Positions 44,386 through 52,916 of a stretch of 53,821 nucleotides of DNA are shown piece by piece (the first letter of the stretch is position 1; each line of letters starts with the position of its first letter). The stretch spans positions 1 to 53,821 of the IMG/VR virus record IMGVR_UViG_3300030106_006616. One strand, written 5' to 3'. Source of the DNA: a virus. Lineage: Duplodnaviria; Caudoviricetes. The notes beneath the pieces were generated by a model. That model saw only the letters and a program-made list of their open reading frames with translations, did not search any database and had not been told where the DNA came from. A program made the translations under genes and the position numbers.

Positions 44386-45423
44386 TTAGACTTCTCCCGG
44401 AGCTTTATACTTGCCTATTGTGTGATCTGGAGCCATACAGTTCCCTGTTACCCACTCGATACCGTTTTCCTTTATCATTGTTTTTGTTTGTTCGCACTTT
44501 GTAAGAGCTGCACCAAACATATTATACATCGGATCTACATGTGTGCCTTCATAGGTGGTCTTGCCAGCAGAACAGAGCTTTGAGCATTTCCAAGACTTCC
44601 TAAGTTCTGGCATGTTAGTGTCTTTTATTTTTTCAAACTTAGCCCTTATCATTTCCAAAGTCTCAGGTATATCGCTATCTTGAAAGTGTAGAGTAAAAGG
44701 GCCACCATCATTCATAAAATGAATAGTCACTAAGAAGGTTTCTACATGAGGATATAGCTTCTTGCAAGCTAGATGATACATTCTAAGCTGAGGGTCTTTT
44801 TCTAGCTTAGCATGAGTCTTCTCTTTTCCTGTAGCCCAGTCAAGCCTTCTCCCGGTCTTCCAGTCAATTATCTCATAGACTCCATCGCCAACATCTGTGA
44901 TTAAGTCAATCGTGCCCTTTAGCGCTAGATGGCCTTTCAATACACTTCCATCAGAAAGCTCATACTCGTACTTGGCCCAGTCTTCTTCTATTTCAAAATC
45001 AAAGTGCGGCTCAGCTTCCACAACATTTCTATTCTTAGGATCAAAAAAGCCATCGTCATCATCAAATATTTTCCAGACCCATTTCCGGCAATGCTTCAAG
45101 TCTAGAGGTTTCCAATCATGATGTGTAGTTCTAGAAGTGTAATATTCATATACTGTATCAATAATTTGATCTAGATATTCTGGGTCGTAGTTAGAAGTCT
45201 CTATCTCTCCAATTTCATGATCTTCAAAAGTTGCATGACCATCCTGTAACGCTTTTTTTGCAAGAGCGCAGAGCTCAAGAACTTTATGAACAATAGTCCC
45301 TTTATCCGCTTTCTTACCAGAAGCACCTCTCCATCCTAAGTTGTACTCCATGTAGTATTGCATGGGACACATCCTGTGCGAGTTGAAGGAGCTGCTTCTA
45401 AAATAGACTATGGGGATACTCAT
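44386..45423 (-). CDS. Cas4/AddB-like PD-(D/E)XK exonuclease with a four-Cys (Fe-S) cage
   Basis: N-terminal CP..Y, GT.VH..LE, GTIDL, IIDWKTG, QL.MY and C-terminal C...C...C. Confidence 0.85.
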   Translation of the reverse strand: MSIPIVYFRSSSFNSHRMCPMQYYMEYNLGWRGASGKKADKGTIVHKVLELCALAKKALQDGHATFEDHEIGEIETSNYDPEYLDQIIDTVYEYYTSRTTHHDWKPLDLKHCRKWVWKIFDDDDGFFDPKNRNVVEAEPHFDFEIEEDWAKYEYELSDGSVLKGHLALKGTIDLITDVGDGVYEIIDWKTGRRLDWATGKEKTHAKLEKDPQLRMYHLACKKLYPHVETFLVTIHFMNDGGPFTLHFQDSDIPETLEMIRAKFEKIKDTNMPELRKSWKCSKLCSAGKTTYEGTHVDPMYNMFGAALTKCEQTKTMIKENGIEWVTGNCMAPDHTIGKYKAPGEV

Positions 45424-46184
45424 TACTTCTCCATTACTGGTAAGACATTTGGCAAATGAAATACTGCCTCTCGTATCATATTCAACTGATCTTCTATATT
45501 ACAGTCATGGTTATCAACGACCTTGTCGCATATATTAAGGCAGTCTTTGATCTCAGTCTCACTAGCATGGCCATCTGAGCTTTCATAAGGATCTCTTGTA
45601 AGGCCAATAATATATCCTCCAGCCTTCTGTAGCGACAGGACTTCATTTTTAAATCTTACGTCACAAATTAATGCGACTTCTGGTTTATCTCTTCTTATCT
45701 TTCTTAGTAGACTATTAATCCATATGTCAGGATCAATCCTTCTGAATATATCCGTGCCAACGTACTGAAGCACTTCTCTAGCTGTCATGAATCCAGAGCC
45801 ATTTACGATGTTGGGCATATTTTCCCAGCGAATACCAGTTAATGAATTTTTTTGTTCATCACTGCCATAGGCCTGACTTTCAGAAAGACCTAACACATCA
45901 ACGCATATGTCTTTCAGTGTGTCTGCTAATCCATATATTCTTATATATTTACCAAGACTATCATTAAATAGTTTTTTGATACTTAAGTTTTTGTCGCTAA
46001 ACTCAAACCACTCTTGGTCCTCTTTAGTCTCACCAAAGACATCTGTAACCTCGATAGTATTTTCAACTGAGAGACGAACATTTTTTGATATGCCCAGTTC
46101 AGCTAACTTAAGAGCTAGGATATAATTACAAGCAGTATTCTTACCGCTTTGCTTTTTTCCCGCAAAACCAACTATCTGTGTCAT
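45423..46184 (-). CDS. deoxynucleoside monophosphate kinase
   Basis: Motifs GFAGKKQSGKNT, LADTLK, TAREVLQYVGTD..R, DVRFKNE and HASE. Confidence 0.88.
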   Translation of the reverse strand: MTQIVGFAGKKQSGKNTACNYILALKLAELGISKNVRLSVENTIEVTDVFGETKEDQEWFEFSDKNLSIKKLFNDSLGKYIRIYGLADTLKDICVDVLGLSESQAYGSDEQKNSLTGIRWENMPNIVNGSGFMTAREVLQYVGTDIFRRIDPDIWINSLLRKIRRDKPEVALICDVRFKNEVLSLQKAGGYIIGLTRDPYESSDGHASETEIKDCLNICDKVVDNHDCNIEDQLNMIREAVFHLPNVLPVMEK

Positions 46185-46186
46185 TG

Positions 46187-46432
46187 CTATTCCTTCTCTT
46201 GCATTTGTTCTGGCTCAGGAGACGAGTAATACCTTTGTAGTACTTCTATTCTATCTTCAGCATCTGCTAGAGCAGTAATGGCCTCATCAAGATTATCATA
46301 TAAATCTGTTGTTGAGTGATCACCAATCCCAGCAGGGTGATCAAGTAAAATGTCTAGAGAGGCCTTGGCTTTAGACTGGTCTGCAAGCGCACGTCTCCAT
46401 AAATATTGAACTGCATTTTCTTTAAAACTCAA
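46187..46432 (-). CDS. phage hypothetical protein (PAGIGDH motif)
   Basis: TTG start at 46432 after AAGGAG; helical hairpin around HPAGIGDHS. Confidence 0.65.
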   Translation of the reverse strand: MSFKENAVQYLWRRALADQSKAKASLDILLDHPAGIGDHSTTDLYDNLDEAITALADAEDRIEVLQRYYSSPEPEQMQEKE

Positions 46433-46433
46433 T

Positions 46434-47600
46434 TTAAATCTCCTTATATACACTCATGGCGTTTTCAATGAAAGGTTTAATATCTGAAGTTACGGTATCG
46501 ACATTGAGTTCAGCAATGTCAGCCGCATCAAAGCTAGGAAAGTAAATCCTATACAATCTAGCACATTGTTCTTCTATCTTTTTAGCAGCTTTTTGTCCAG
46601 CATCATCATTGTCCATAAGACATATCAATGACAAAGCCCCTGACTCATCTAGTAAATTCTTTTGGTCGTTGTTGAACGATGTTCCAAAAATAGCAACTAC
46701 ATTGTGTATTCCCGCTTCTGCAAGTCGCCACACATTTCCCGGAGACTCAACCAATATCGCTACTCCTGTTTTTGCTATCTCATGTTTTGCTACCCAATAA
46801 TTATACAGCCATTTTTCTTTTTGGAAGCCTTTACTATGCATCCATTTTGGAAAATGACGACACTTTTCTTTAGGGTCATGGTAGTTGTTACATTTTGGGC
46901 ACTTTTCAAAAATGCTTCTTCCTGTGCACCCTACAATAAACTCATGCTCATTGTCATATATTGGAACAACAGCTCGTTGATACATAGGTTTATTAGGGTT
47001 TGTGCAATAACCAACGTCATAATCTTGCAGAACCTTGGATGAAAAACCTCTATCTAAATAGTATTTGGAAGGAACTTCTACTCTGTCCCTATACATTTTT
47101 TGGGTTATACCAGTCTTCCTTGCAGACTCGTAACTAAGAGTATTGACAAGATTATTGAAATGTAACTTCTCTACATTATGATTGTCAGCCTCAAGAGAAT
47201 CAAAGTCTTTTTTAAGAAACTTAAGCAAGAAATCAACAGACTCTTTGAAAGTGGCCTCCTTATCTCCTTCTTTTTCCCATCCATAATTAACTCTGGATAG
47301 GATTCCTCTAACAAGGTCTATCATGCCATTTCCAAATATCTCTTCACATTGATGTGTTCGGCATTTGTAGTGTACCTTGAATTCTCCATTAGGATAGAAG
47401 TTGAGTGCGGTTGGATTGTCTCCTCCATGTATTGGACAACATGATTTTATAAGTATATCATTCCTATAAGAAATTGTTAGCCCAAAGTACTGGTATATCT
47501 GGTCTATGTATTGTCCTGCTATCTTTGCAAGAGTTCGGACTTTAGCATAGTCATATTTTTTAGAATGCGACATCTTCTGAGTCATCGAAAAGTTCTCCAT
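46434..47600 (-). CDS. dnaG: DNA primase (CHC2-type zinc finger plus TOPRIM)
   Basis: CPIHGGDNPTA...C.T..C, YYLDRGF, GCTGR, LVES..N and MDNDDAG. The true start is probably the ATG at 47573. Confidence 0.88.
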   Translation of the reverse strand: MENFSMTQKMSHSKKYDYAKVRTLAKIAGQYIDQIYQYFGLTISYRNDILIKSCCPIHGGDNPTALNFYPNGEFKVHYKCRTHQCEEIFGNGMIDLVRGILSRVNYGWEKEGDKEATFKESVDFLLKFLKKDFDSLEADNHNVEKLHFNNLVNTLSYESARKTGITQKMYRDRVEVPSKYYLDRGFSSKVLQDYDVGYCTNPNKPMYQRAVVPIYDNEHEFIVGCTGRSIFEKCPKCNNYHDPKEKCRHFPKWMHSKGFQKEKWLYNYWVAKHEIAKTGVAILVESPGNVWRLAEAGIHNVVAIFGTSFNNDQKNLLDESGALSLICLMDNDDAGQKAAKKIEEQCARLYRIYFPSFDAADIAELNVDTVTSDIKPFIENAMSVYKEI

Positions 47601-48999
47601 CTTCTGTGGAGCTTACTCCACTATCAAGTTCAAAGGCAGTCTTACCCTCGGTTACTTTACCGATCTTGCCAGTGAGTTCTACGTTAATATAATCTCCATA
47701 ATCAAGTCCCTCTCCATGTCTTGCAATCAGGGGAACCAGCTTTCTATTTCCATTCTCAGGCCCATCCTTAGCTATCTCCTCATCAGACTTATGTTTGTAT
47801 ATACTGAAGTTAGAACACAGCCATATGATCCTATCCGAACCAGAAGCAGTATCAGTGCTTTCCTTCGTTATGCCATCTCTGTTTAACTGTATAAAAGTTA
47901 GTATTGGAACCTCATATTTAAGAGATAGATTATGTAGGGCTGTGATCATGAAGCCAAGAATTTGGAATTCTTTCATGTCTCCTTTGATCTCGCTTGAGTC
48001 CATAAGTTTAAGATAATCGTATATAATTACACAATCATTTGCCTTACCCTTATCATTTAGTCCTACAACCCTACTAATCCATCTTCTCATGACGGCAACC
48101 TGCTCTTCAAAAGAGGCACCGCCAATTGTCTTAAAATAATATGGTATGTCTTTTATTTCTCTTGCCGCCTCCATGACCTTTTTCTTTTTGGCAGGATCAT
48201 CAGCGAATTTACCCGTTTCAATGTCGTTGATCGGAACACCAGAGAGCATCGCCATCATTCTATGTTGATGGTCTTCCTTCCTCATCTCAGTATCTAGGTT
48301 AAGTACTGGCGTTCCTTCCTTCGCAATATGTATCCCCATATTATCTGCGAGTAATGTTTTACCAGTCTTGGGTCTAGCGCCAATAACATTGACAGTACCT
48401 TTTCTAAGCCCACCCCCAATAGAGAAGTCATATCTTGGAAACCCTGTTGCTATACCTATTTGGTCAACAGACTCTTCTGCGAGCTCCTCTAGATGCGCCT
48501 CAACGTCATCAAACATCTGTGTAGGAGATTCGTCCTCACCAGCTATTACGGATGTAACATCCATTACAGCATCTTCAGCTATTCCTAATATCTTAGCAAT
48601 AGGCTCATCACCTTTGATCTCAAGATATCTCTCTTTAGTCAGATCAAGTTGGTCATACATCATTCTAGCTATTTCTAGCTTTCTGACCTTTGCTCCAAAC
48701 TTCCTTAAGTTTTCTAGCAGTACAGGGAATTTTATTACGGAAGACATATGCTGGACTTCTTGCGTATTAAAGAAGTCTGAGAACCCAAGCTCTTTTGCGG
48801 CTGACATCATTGTGGGAGCATCTAGTGAACGGGAATCATCTGCCTCAAGTACATGTTTCATGCATGAAAACAAGACTACATTAGATTCATCTGTAAACGA
48901 TGACTCTGTTATAATATCTGCAACATCATAGTAAGCTTCGGCGCCATATCTGAATATGCCCGCTAAAATTGCTCTTTCTGCTGGTAAATCATTTAACAT
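47560..48999 (-). CDS. dnaB: replicative DNA helicase
   Basis: Motifs AERAILA, GI.TGF..D...GGLR.G, Walker A GARPKTGKT, DTEM, IIYDYLKLM and QLNR. Confidence 0.95.
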   Translation of the reverse strand: MLNDLPAERAILAGIFRYGAEAYYDVADIITESSFTDESNVVLFSCMKHVLEADDSRSLDAPTMMSAAKELGFSDFFNTQEVQHMSSVIKFPVLLENLRKFGAKVRKLEIARMMYDQLDLTKERYLEIKGDEPIAKILGIAEDAVMDVTSVIAGEDESPTQMFDDVEAHLEELAEESVDQIGIATGFPRYDFSIGGGLRKGTVNVIGARPKTGKTLLADNMGIHIAKEGTPVLNLDTEMRKEDHQHRMMAMLSGVPINDIETGKFADDPAKKKKVMEAAREIKDIPYYFKTIGGASFEEQVAVMRRWISRVVGLNDKGKANDCVIIYDYLKLMDSSEIKGDMKEFQILGFMITALHNLSLKYEVPILTFIQLNRDGITKESTDTASGSDRIIWLCSNFSIYKHKSDEEIAKDGPENGNRKLVPLIARHGEGLDYGDYINVELTGKIGKVTEGKTAFELDSGVSSTEDGELFDDSEDVAF

Positions 49000-49000
49000 A

Positions 49001-49393
49001 TTATCTTCCTGTTATGCACTTATTGCATTTCCAACGTTCTCTATTATATATCTGTGAAGGAAACATTTTGTAGTCTTTATTACATGCCGTACATCTTACA
49101 GAAATTTTTTTGACTTCCGGTCTCTTTCCCTTGTTTTGTGTCTGATTGGCCATACTATCAGACTTAGCCGCTTCTTTAAGCTCTTTGGACTCTTCAGAAG
49201 ACAAGCTTATATTTGACATCATATCGTCAAACTTATTTCCTGAGCTTTGACTCTGAGTTTTGGGACTACTATTTTTCTTTCTTTTGCCCTTTCCTCTACG
49301 TCTCTTTTTATTTTTTGAGCTACTAGAAATAGCGTCTCTTATTTCTTCTTGCGTGAACTGCTGTAACAGCTCCTCAATTTCCTGTTTATCCAT
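49001..49393 (-). CDS. hypothetical protein with a basic tract and C-terminal Zn ribbon
   Basis: KKRRRGKGKRKK tract; CTAC...CNKC. Confidence 0.7.
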   Translation of the reverse strand: MDKQEIEELLQQFTQEEIRDAISSSSKNKKRRRGKGKRKKNSSPKTQSQSSGNKFDDMMSNISLSSEESKELKEAAKSDSMANQTQNKGKRPEVKKISVRCTACNKDYKMFPSQIYNRERWKCNKCITGR

Positions 49394-49874
49394 GTCTATT
49401 TATCTTCGCTCTCTGTAGGTTGATATATAAGTCACTAAGATTTTTTACTGAACTAGCTAAGTATGTTAACCTGTCTGCCCTTTGCTGCGCATACACCTTA
49501 ATGCTGTCTAGTTTTTTAGCGTACCCATCCTCTTTAACAGCTTGGTAGTACTGGCTATCCCAAGATCCTTTATATTGCGACTCTCTACCCGACATCATCT
49601 TCTTAAGGTTAGATGAAGCCCAATTGACACGAGCAATTTCTCTATTATAGGATCTTTGAAGGTAGAATGAAAAGCCTCCTAGTAACAGCGCAGCCTCTGC
49701 ACATTCCTCTACTGTTAGCTTTTCCATCTGTTGTCTAGGCATAGACATGTAACTCTTAACAGATTGATCATGAAAGTCTTCCGAGTAGGAGCCTATCCCT
49801 AACTTACCCTCATATTCATCTAGTACGGAATCGATTTGTTCTAATCGTTCCTTTGCTGGATTCTGCATTTCCAT
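49386..49874 (-). CDS. helical hypothetical protein (possibly a UvsY-like recombination mediator)
   Basis: All-helical, about 160 aa, between recA and dnaB. The function is inference only. Confidence 0.4.
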   Translation of the reverse strand: MEMQNPAKERLEQIDSVLDEYEGKLGIGSYSEDFHDQSVKSYMSMPRQQMEKLTVEECAEAALLLGGFSFYLQRSYNREIARVNWASSNLKKMMSGRESQYKGSWDSQYYQAVKEDGYAKKLDSIKVYAQQRADRLTYLASSVKNLSDLYINLQRAKINRHG

Positions 49875-50257
49875 TGTTCTTCAGTCTCATTATAAGGTAG
49901 TTCAATGTATGTGATATTATTATACTCGCACCACTCTTGCTTTCGCCGGTCTTTTTTCTTTTGATTTACAAAATCTTGTGCAGAGGTATGAAATAGTGAG
50001 TTAAACTTGTAGTGTTGCTGACCATGAACCTCTATTGCCAGCTTTATAGTATTAATATAAAAATCTAAATACCCTCTTTCGTTGCGTGTTATAGGTATCA
50101 AGACTTCCTCCAACACTTGAACTGTTGGAAACATTTCTACCAATATATTTCTTGCAGTAAGATGTAGTTTAGATCGGGGACGCTGTTCATTTGCACGAAC
50201 AACATACCCTTGTAGATTCCACTTATGAATATCATTATTCAAATCACGTATCTTCAT
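49841..50257 (-). CDS. Vsr/DUF559-like endonuclease
   Basis: Pattern YLDFYI....LAIEVHGQQHY.......D..K..WC..N.I..I. Confidence 0.78.
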   Translation of the reverse strand: MKIRDLNNDIHKWNLQGYVVRANEQRPRSKLHLTARNILVEMFPTVQVLEEVLIPITRNERGYLDFYINTIKLAIEVHGQQHYKFNSLFHTSAQDFVNQKKKDRRKQEWCEYNNITYIELPYNETEEQWKCRIQQRND

Positions 50258-50261
50258 CTAA

Positions 50262-50338
50262 ACTCCTCGTTATAATTCCGCACAGCCTTGGTTAAGGTGA
50301 GGAAACCTTACCATTCACCGACTGTGGAAAGTGGTAAC
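50262..50338 (-). ncRNA. structured RNA element, copy B, between recA and the endonuclease gene
   Basis: Pairings CACAGTC/GGCTGTG and GGTAAGGT/ACCTTAACC; loop TTCCTC is complementary to the downstream SD GAGGAG. Homologous to 42930-43012. Confidence 0.65.
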
Positions 50339-50340
50339 AG

Positions 50341-51327
50341 TTAGTTTTCATACTGAATCCCAACCATATCAAATACCTCTTTTCTGAAATTAGCATACTC
50401 TTCAGGGTTCTCTTCTAGGTATTTTGCCAAATTTACCTTACCTTGAATCTTGTCCCCATTAGGGAGTTTGAGCCATGCTCCAGCTTTTGAGATGAGACCA
50501 AAGTCAATCATTAGGTCTGCCATCTCCATCTCTTTCCAAATACCTTTTCCATACCTAATGTGACTCTCTACTTTCTGTCCCGGTGGCCCAATAGCAGACG
50601 TAGTTATTTGCCAGTGAACGGTTTGTCCTATTTGGGTATCTCCTTGCATTAAAGCGGTAGAGTGGCTTGCATGTAGCTTAACATCAACCTGATATTTTAA
50701 TGCACTTCCTGACTTTTCTACTTTAGTCTTGCCCCTCCCAAATCTGTTCATATTAGCCATTAGGTGGGTAATCCCAACAACAGTAACTCTATTAATAGGC
50801 AGCACGTTAGAAATTCTTCTACAGAATTTAGCCAGAACTTTTTGCACGCTCATAACTTGAACATCCTCTAGGTTTCCGGTAAGCTCAGACTCACTTGATA
50901 AAGCGGAGAATGAGTCTACGATTGCTAGAGAGCCCGGCTGAGTATGAACGATATTATCAATAATACTCAAGTACTTCTCGGCAGATAAGATATTTCCCTC
51001 GGTTGAGCCGATAATCTGCATCTTTTCTGAGTCTAATGTAAGGTCTGTTATACCTTCCAAGTCTCTCTTTTTGAGACGCCCTTCTATATTGGCGTAGTAT
51101 ACTTTCCTTTCATAGTGCTTCTGAGCATTCGCACAGAAAGTTAGAGCAGTTACTGTTTTACCAACCTTCTCTGGGCCAGTCATAATAAATAATGAACCTT
51201 CAGGCACGCCTCCTCCTAAAGCTATATCTAGCTTTGGACCTACAGACAAGACCTCTAAGGGTCTCTCTGTTATTGAGGCGGGATCATGAAGGACATTACC
51301 ATATTCTTTGATAATGTCTTTATTCAT
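50341..51327 (-). CDS. recA: RecA/UvsX recombinase
   Basis: Motifs LDIALGGG.P.G, Walker A GPEKVGKT, Walker B IVDSFSAL, SG.ALKY, YGKGI and I.KAGAW. Confidence 0.93.
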   Translation of the reverse strand: MNKDIIKEYGNVLHDPASITERPLEVLSVGPKLDIALGGGVPEGSLFIMTGPEKVGKTVTALTFCANAQKHYERKVYYANIEGRLKKRDLEGITDLTLDSEKMQIIGSTEGNILSAEKYLSIIDNIVHTQPGSLAIVDSFSALSSESELTGNLEDVQVMSVQKVLAKFCRRISNVLPINRVTVVGITHLMANMNRFGRGKTKVEKSGSALKYQVDVKLHASHSTALMQGDTQIGQTVHWQITTSAIGPPGQKVESHIRYGKGIWKEMEMADLMIDFGLISKAGAWLKLPNGDKIQGKVNLAKYLEENPEEYANFRKEVFDMVGIQYEN

Positions 51328-51754
51328 CCAAATCCCTTAACTTAGAAATAATTGATTTCTTCTTATTGTTTGTCTTATGTTTGACTTCTTTTGAGTCATT
51401 GATATTATACTCGGTACTCGCCGGTCTCTCAACAACTTGATTAGCTTTTTCTTCAATTATTTTTTTTAGAAAGGGTGATCTAAGAGAATAAGTAGACCAG
51501 CACCTTTTGTCTCTGAGGGCAGCAACAATTGCTTCTTCGCCATAGTCTTTAATGAGCTTGTTAGCTAGAGTAATTTGATACTTGTAGTATTTGCACCACT
51601 CCTTATCTTCCCAGAACTTCATAGGAAGCTCTTTGTTTTCCCTTTGCGCTTTTTTCTCGCATACAAGCTCCGTTATGTATTGGGATCCTGAGACCCATCC
51701 ATTTGGACTATATCGAGAAGGGTAGCGACTTTTTTCACTTCTGTTTTTTGCCAT
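51320..51754 (-). CDS. hypothetical protein
   Basis: ORF overlapping its neighbours in the operon. Confidence 0.7.
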   Translation of the reverse strand: MAKNRSEKSRYPSRYSPNGWVSGSQYITELVCEKKAQRENKELPMKFWEDKEWCKYYKYQITLANKLIKDYGEEAIVAALRDKRCWSTYSLRSPFLKKIIEEKANQVVERPASTEYNINDSKEVKHKTNNKKKSIISKLRDLDE

Positions 51755-52059
51755 TACTTTATGCTATGAATATTTGGGTGACCGCCTTTTCTTCCTGCTT
51801 TACCTCTCATAGAGTCAACTCTTTGGGATGTCGCCTCTGTCATTATGGCAACTCCTCTATTCCCATTTGCTGTTTCACTCACAGTCGTCTGGCTTTTTGA
51901 TTTACTTTGTTCATACTCCTGCAAATAAGCGGACACTAGACTCACACTGCGTCCCAAAGCTTGAGCTATAGCCTCAGATTTCATTCCATTAGAATTCATA
52001 CCCTCAATAGCGTATTTCTCTGTTTTAGTTAATTTTTTGGCGCTTGATAGCTTACCCAT
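51754..52059 (-). CDS. HTH DNA-binding protein
   Basis: LT..EK..IE......SEAIAQALGRS.S.V..YL. Confidence 0.65.
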   Translation of the reverse strand: MGKLSSAKKLTKTEKYAIEGMNSNGMKSEAIAQALGRSVSLVSAYLQEYEQSKSKSQTTVSETANGNRGVAIMTEATSQRVDSMRGKAGRKGGHPNIHSIK

Positions 52060-52060
52060 C

Positions 52061-52441
52061 TTAATTACCTCTTTCTGCGTTATTTAACCATGCGGTATTT
52101 TTTGTTTGTAGAAACTTCAGATACTTTTCGAATATGTCTTTGCCAGTTTCTTGAAAAGTCCATTCTGGCCGACCAGCATGACGCATTTGCCTTCCAGACT
52201 GGCCTTCAGAGTACAACCCGATAGGATTATACAACCTTCCGTATCTCCCACGCTTAACGTAGTACTTGGTTCGGCTTCCTATGGAAACTGCTTTAGCGTA
52301 AGCGTCATTCGAGCTCTCTTTGCCATCTTTTAACCTAGGCATTCCAGACTTGTCTTGAAAGTCATGCTTCCCATATATCGTATATACAACCGTACTCTTT
52401 GTAGTATCTTCTTCTTTGTGGGCATCAATCTTATGAAACAT
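52061..52441 (-). CDS. hypothetical protein
   Basis: ORF in operon. Confidence 0.7.
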   Translation of the reverse strand: MFHKIDAHKEEDTTKSTVVYTIYGKHDFQDKSGMPRLKDGKESSNDAYAKAVSIGSRTKYYVKRGRYGRLYNPIGLYSEGQSGRQMRHAGRPEWTFQETGKDIFEKYLKFLQTKNTAWLNNAERGN

Positions 52442-52824
52442 TATCTATTCTTCTTTCTTCTTTGTTTTTTGCCTGTATTTTTAGTCCATTGAGGAGACGA
52501 GGATGGCTTATCCATCTTTTTCATGTTGTCAGGGAGCTTTTCAGACAGAGTATCTTTTCTCTTTGTCTTTTGTTCCCTAAACATATCCTCGACTTTGTTT
52601 TTGCCTAGTTTCTTTGTTTGTTTATCTGCATAATGTCCAAGCGTTTTTGTCTCAGACAATGAATAGTTATAACTGCCATAAACTTCATCCTCTTCATAAT
52701 CCCGGTGAACTGACTTTATCTTTCCACAGCTAGGACACTTCTTTCTGCTCTTGTACTCAGACCTATGGCAGAAAATAGACCATTTATAGCCACAATTGTC
52801 GCAAGCATAACTATACTCAGGCAT
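52441..52824 (-). CDS. FmdB-family zinc-ribbon protein
   Basis: MPEYSYACDNCG...CPSCG. Confidence 0.8.
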   Translation of the reverse strand: MPEYSYACDNCGYKWSIFCHRSEYKSRKKCPSCGKIKSVHRDYEEDEVYGSYNYSLSETKTLGHYADKQTKKLGKNKVEDMFREQKTKRKDTLSEKLPDNMKKMDKPSSSPQWTKNTGKKQRRKKNR

Positions 52825-52899
52825 AAGAATTAAATTCCTCGTTTATATATTGATATACGTAGCTACTCATTTCTTTTCCTTTATGAAAGTAGCTATATT

Positions 52900-52908
52900 A
52901 TTATAACA
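52900..52908 (-). promoter_or_regulatory. extended -10 sigma70-type promoter (TGtTATAAT)
   Basis: Perfect TGnTATAAT in the phoH-fmdB intergenic region, oriented towards the recombination/replication operon. Confidence 0.6.
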
Positions 52909-52916
52909 GCTATTGC

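Noticed and set aside
42900-45500. CRISPR array belonging to the Cas4-like and Cas12/TnpB-like genes
   Set aside because: I saw no regularly spaced direct repeats here or elsewhere in the window, and there is no cas1/cas2. The intergenic space is too short for an array.
52825-52916. Third copy of the A/B RNA motif upstream of the fmdB-like gene
   Set aside because: It shares only short words (CTGTTA, ACTTTC, AACGAGGA). The covarying YACWGTC/GGCWGTR helix and inner hairpin are missing, so it is reported separately as a leader element.
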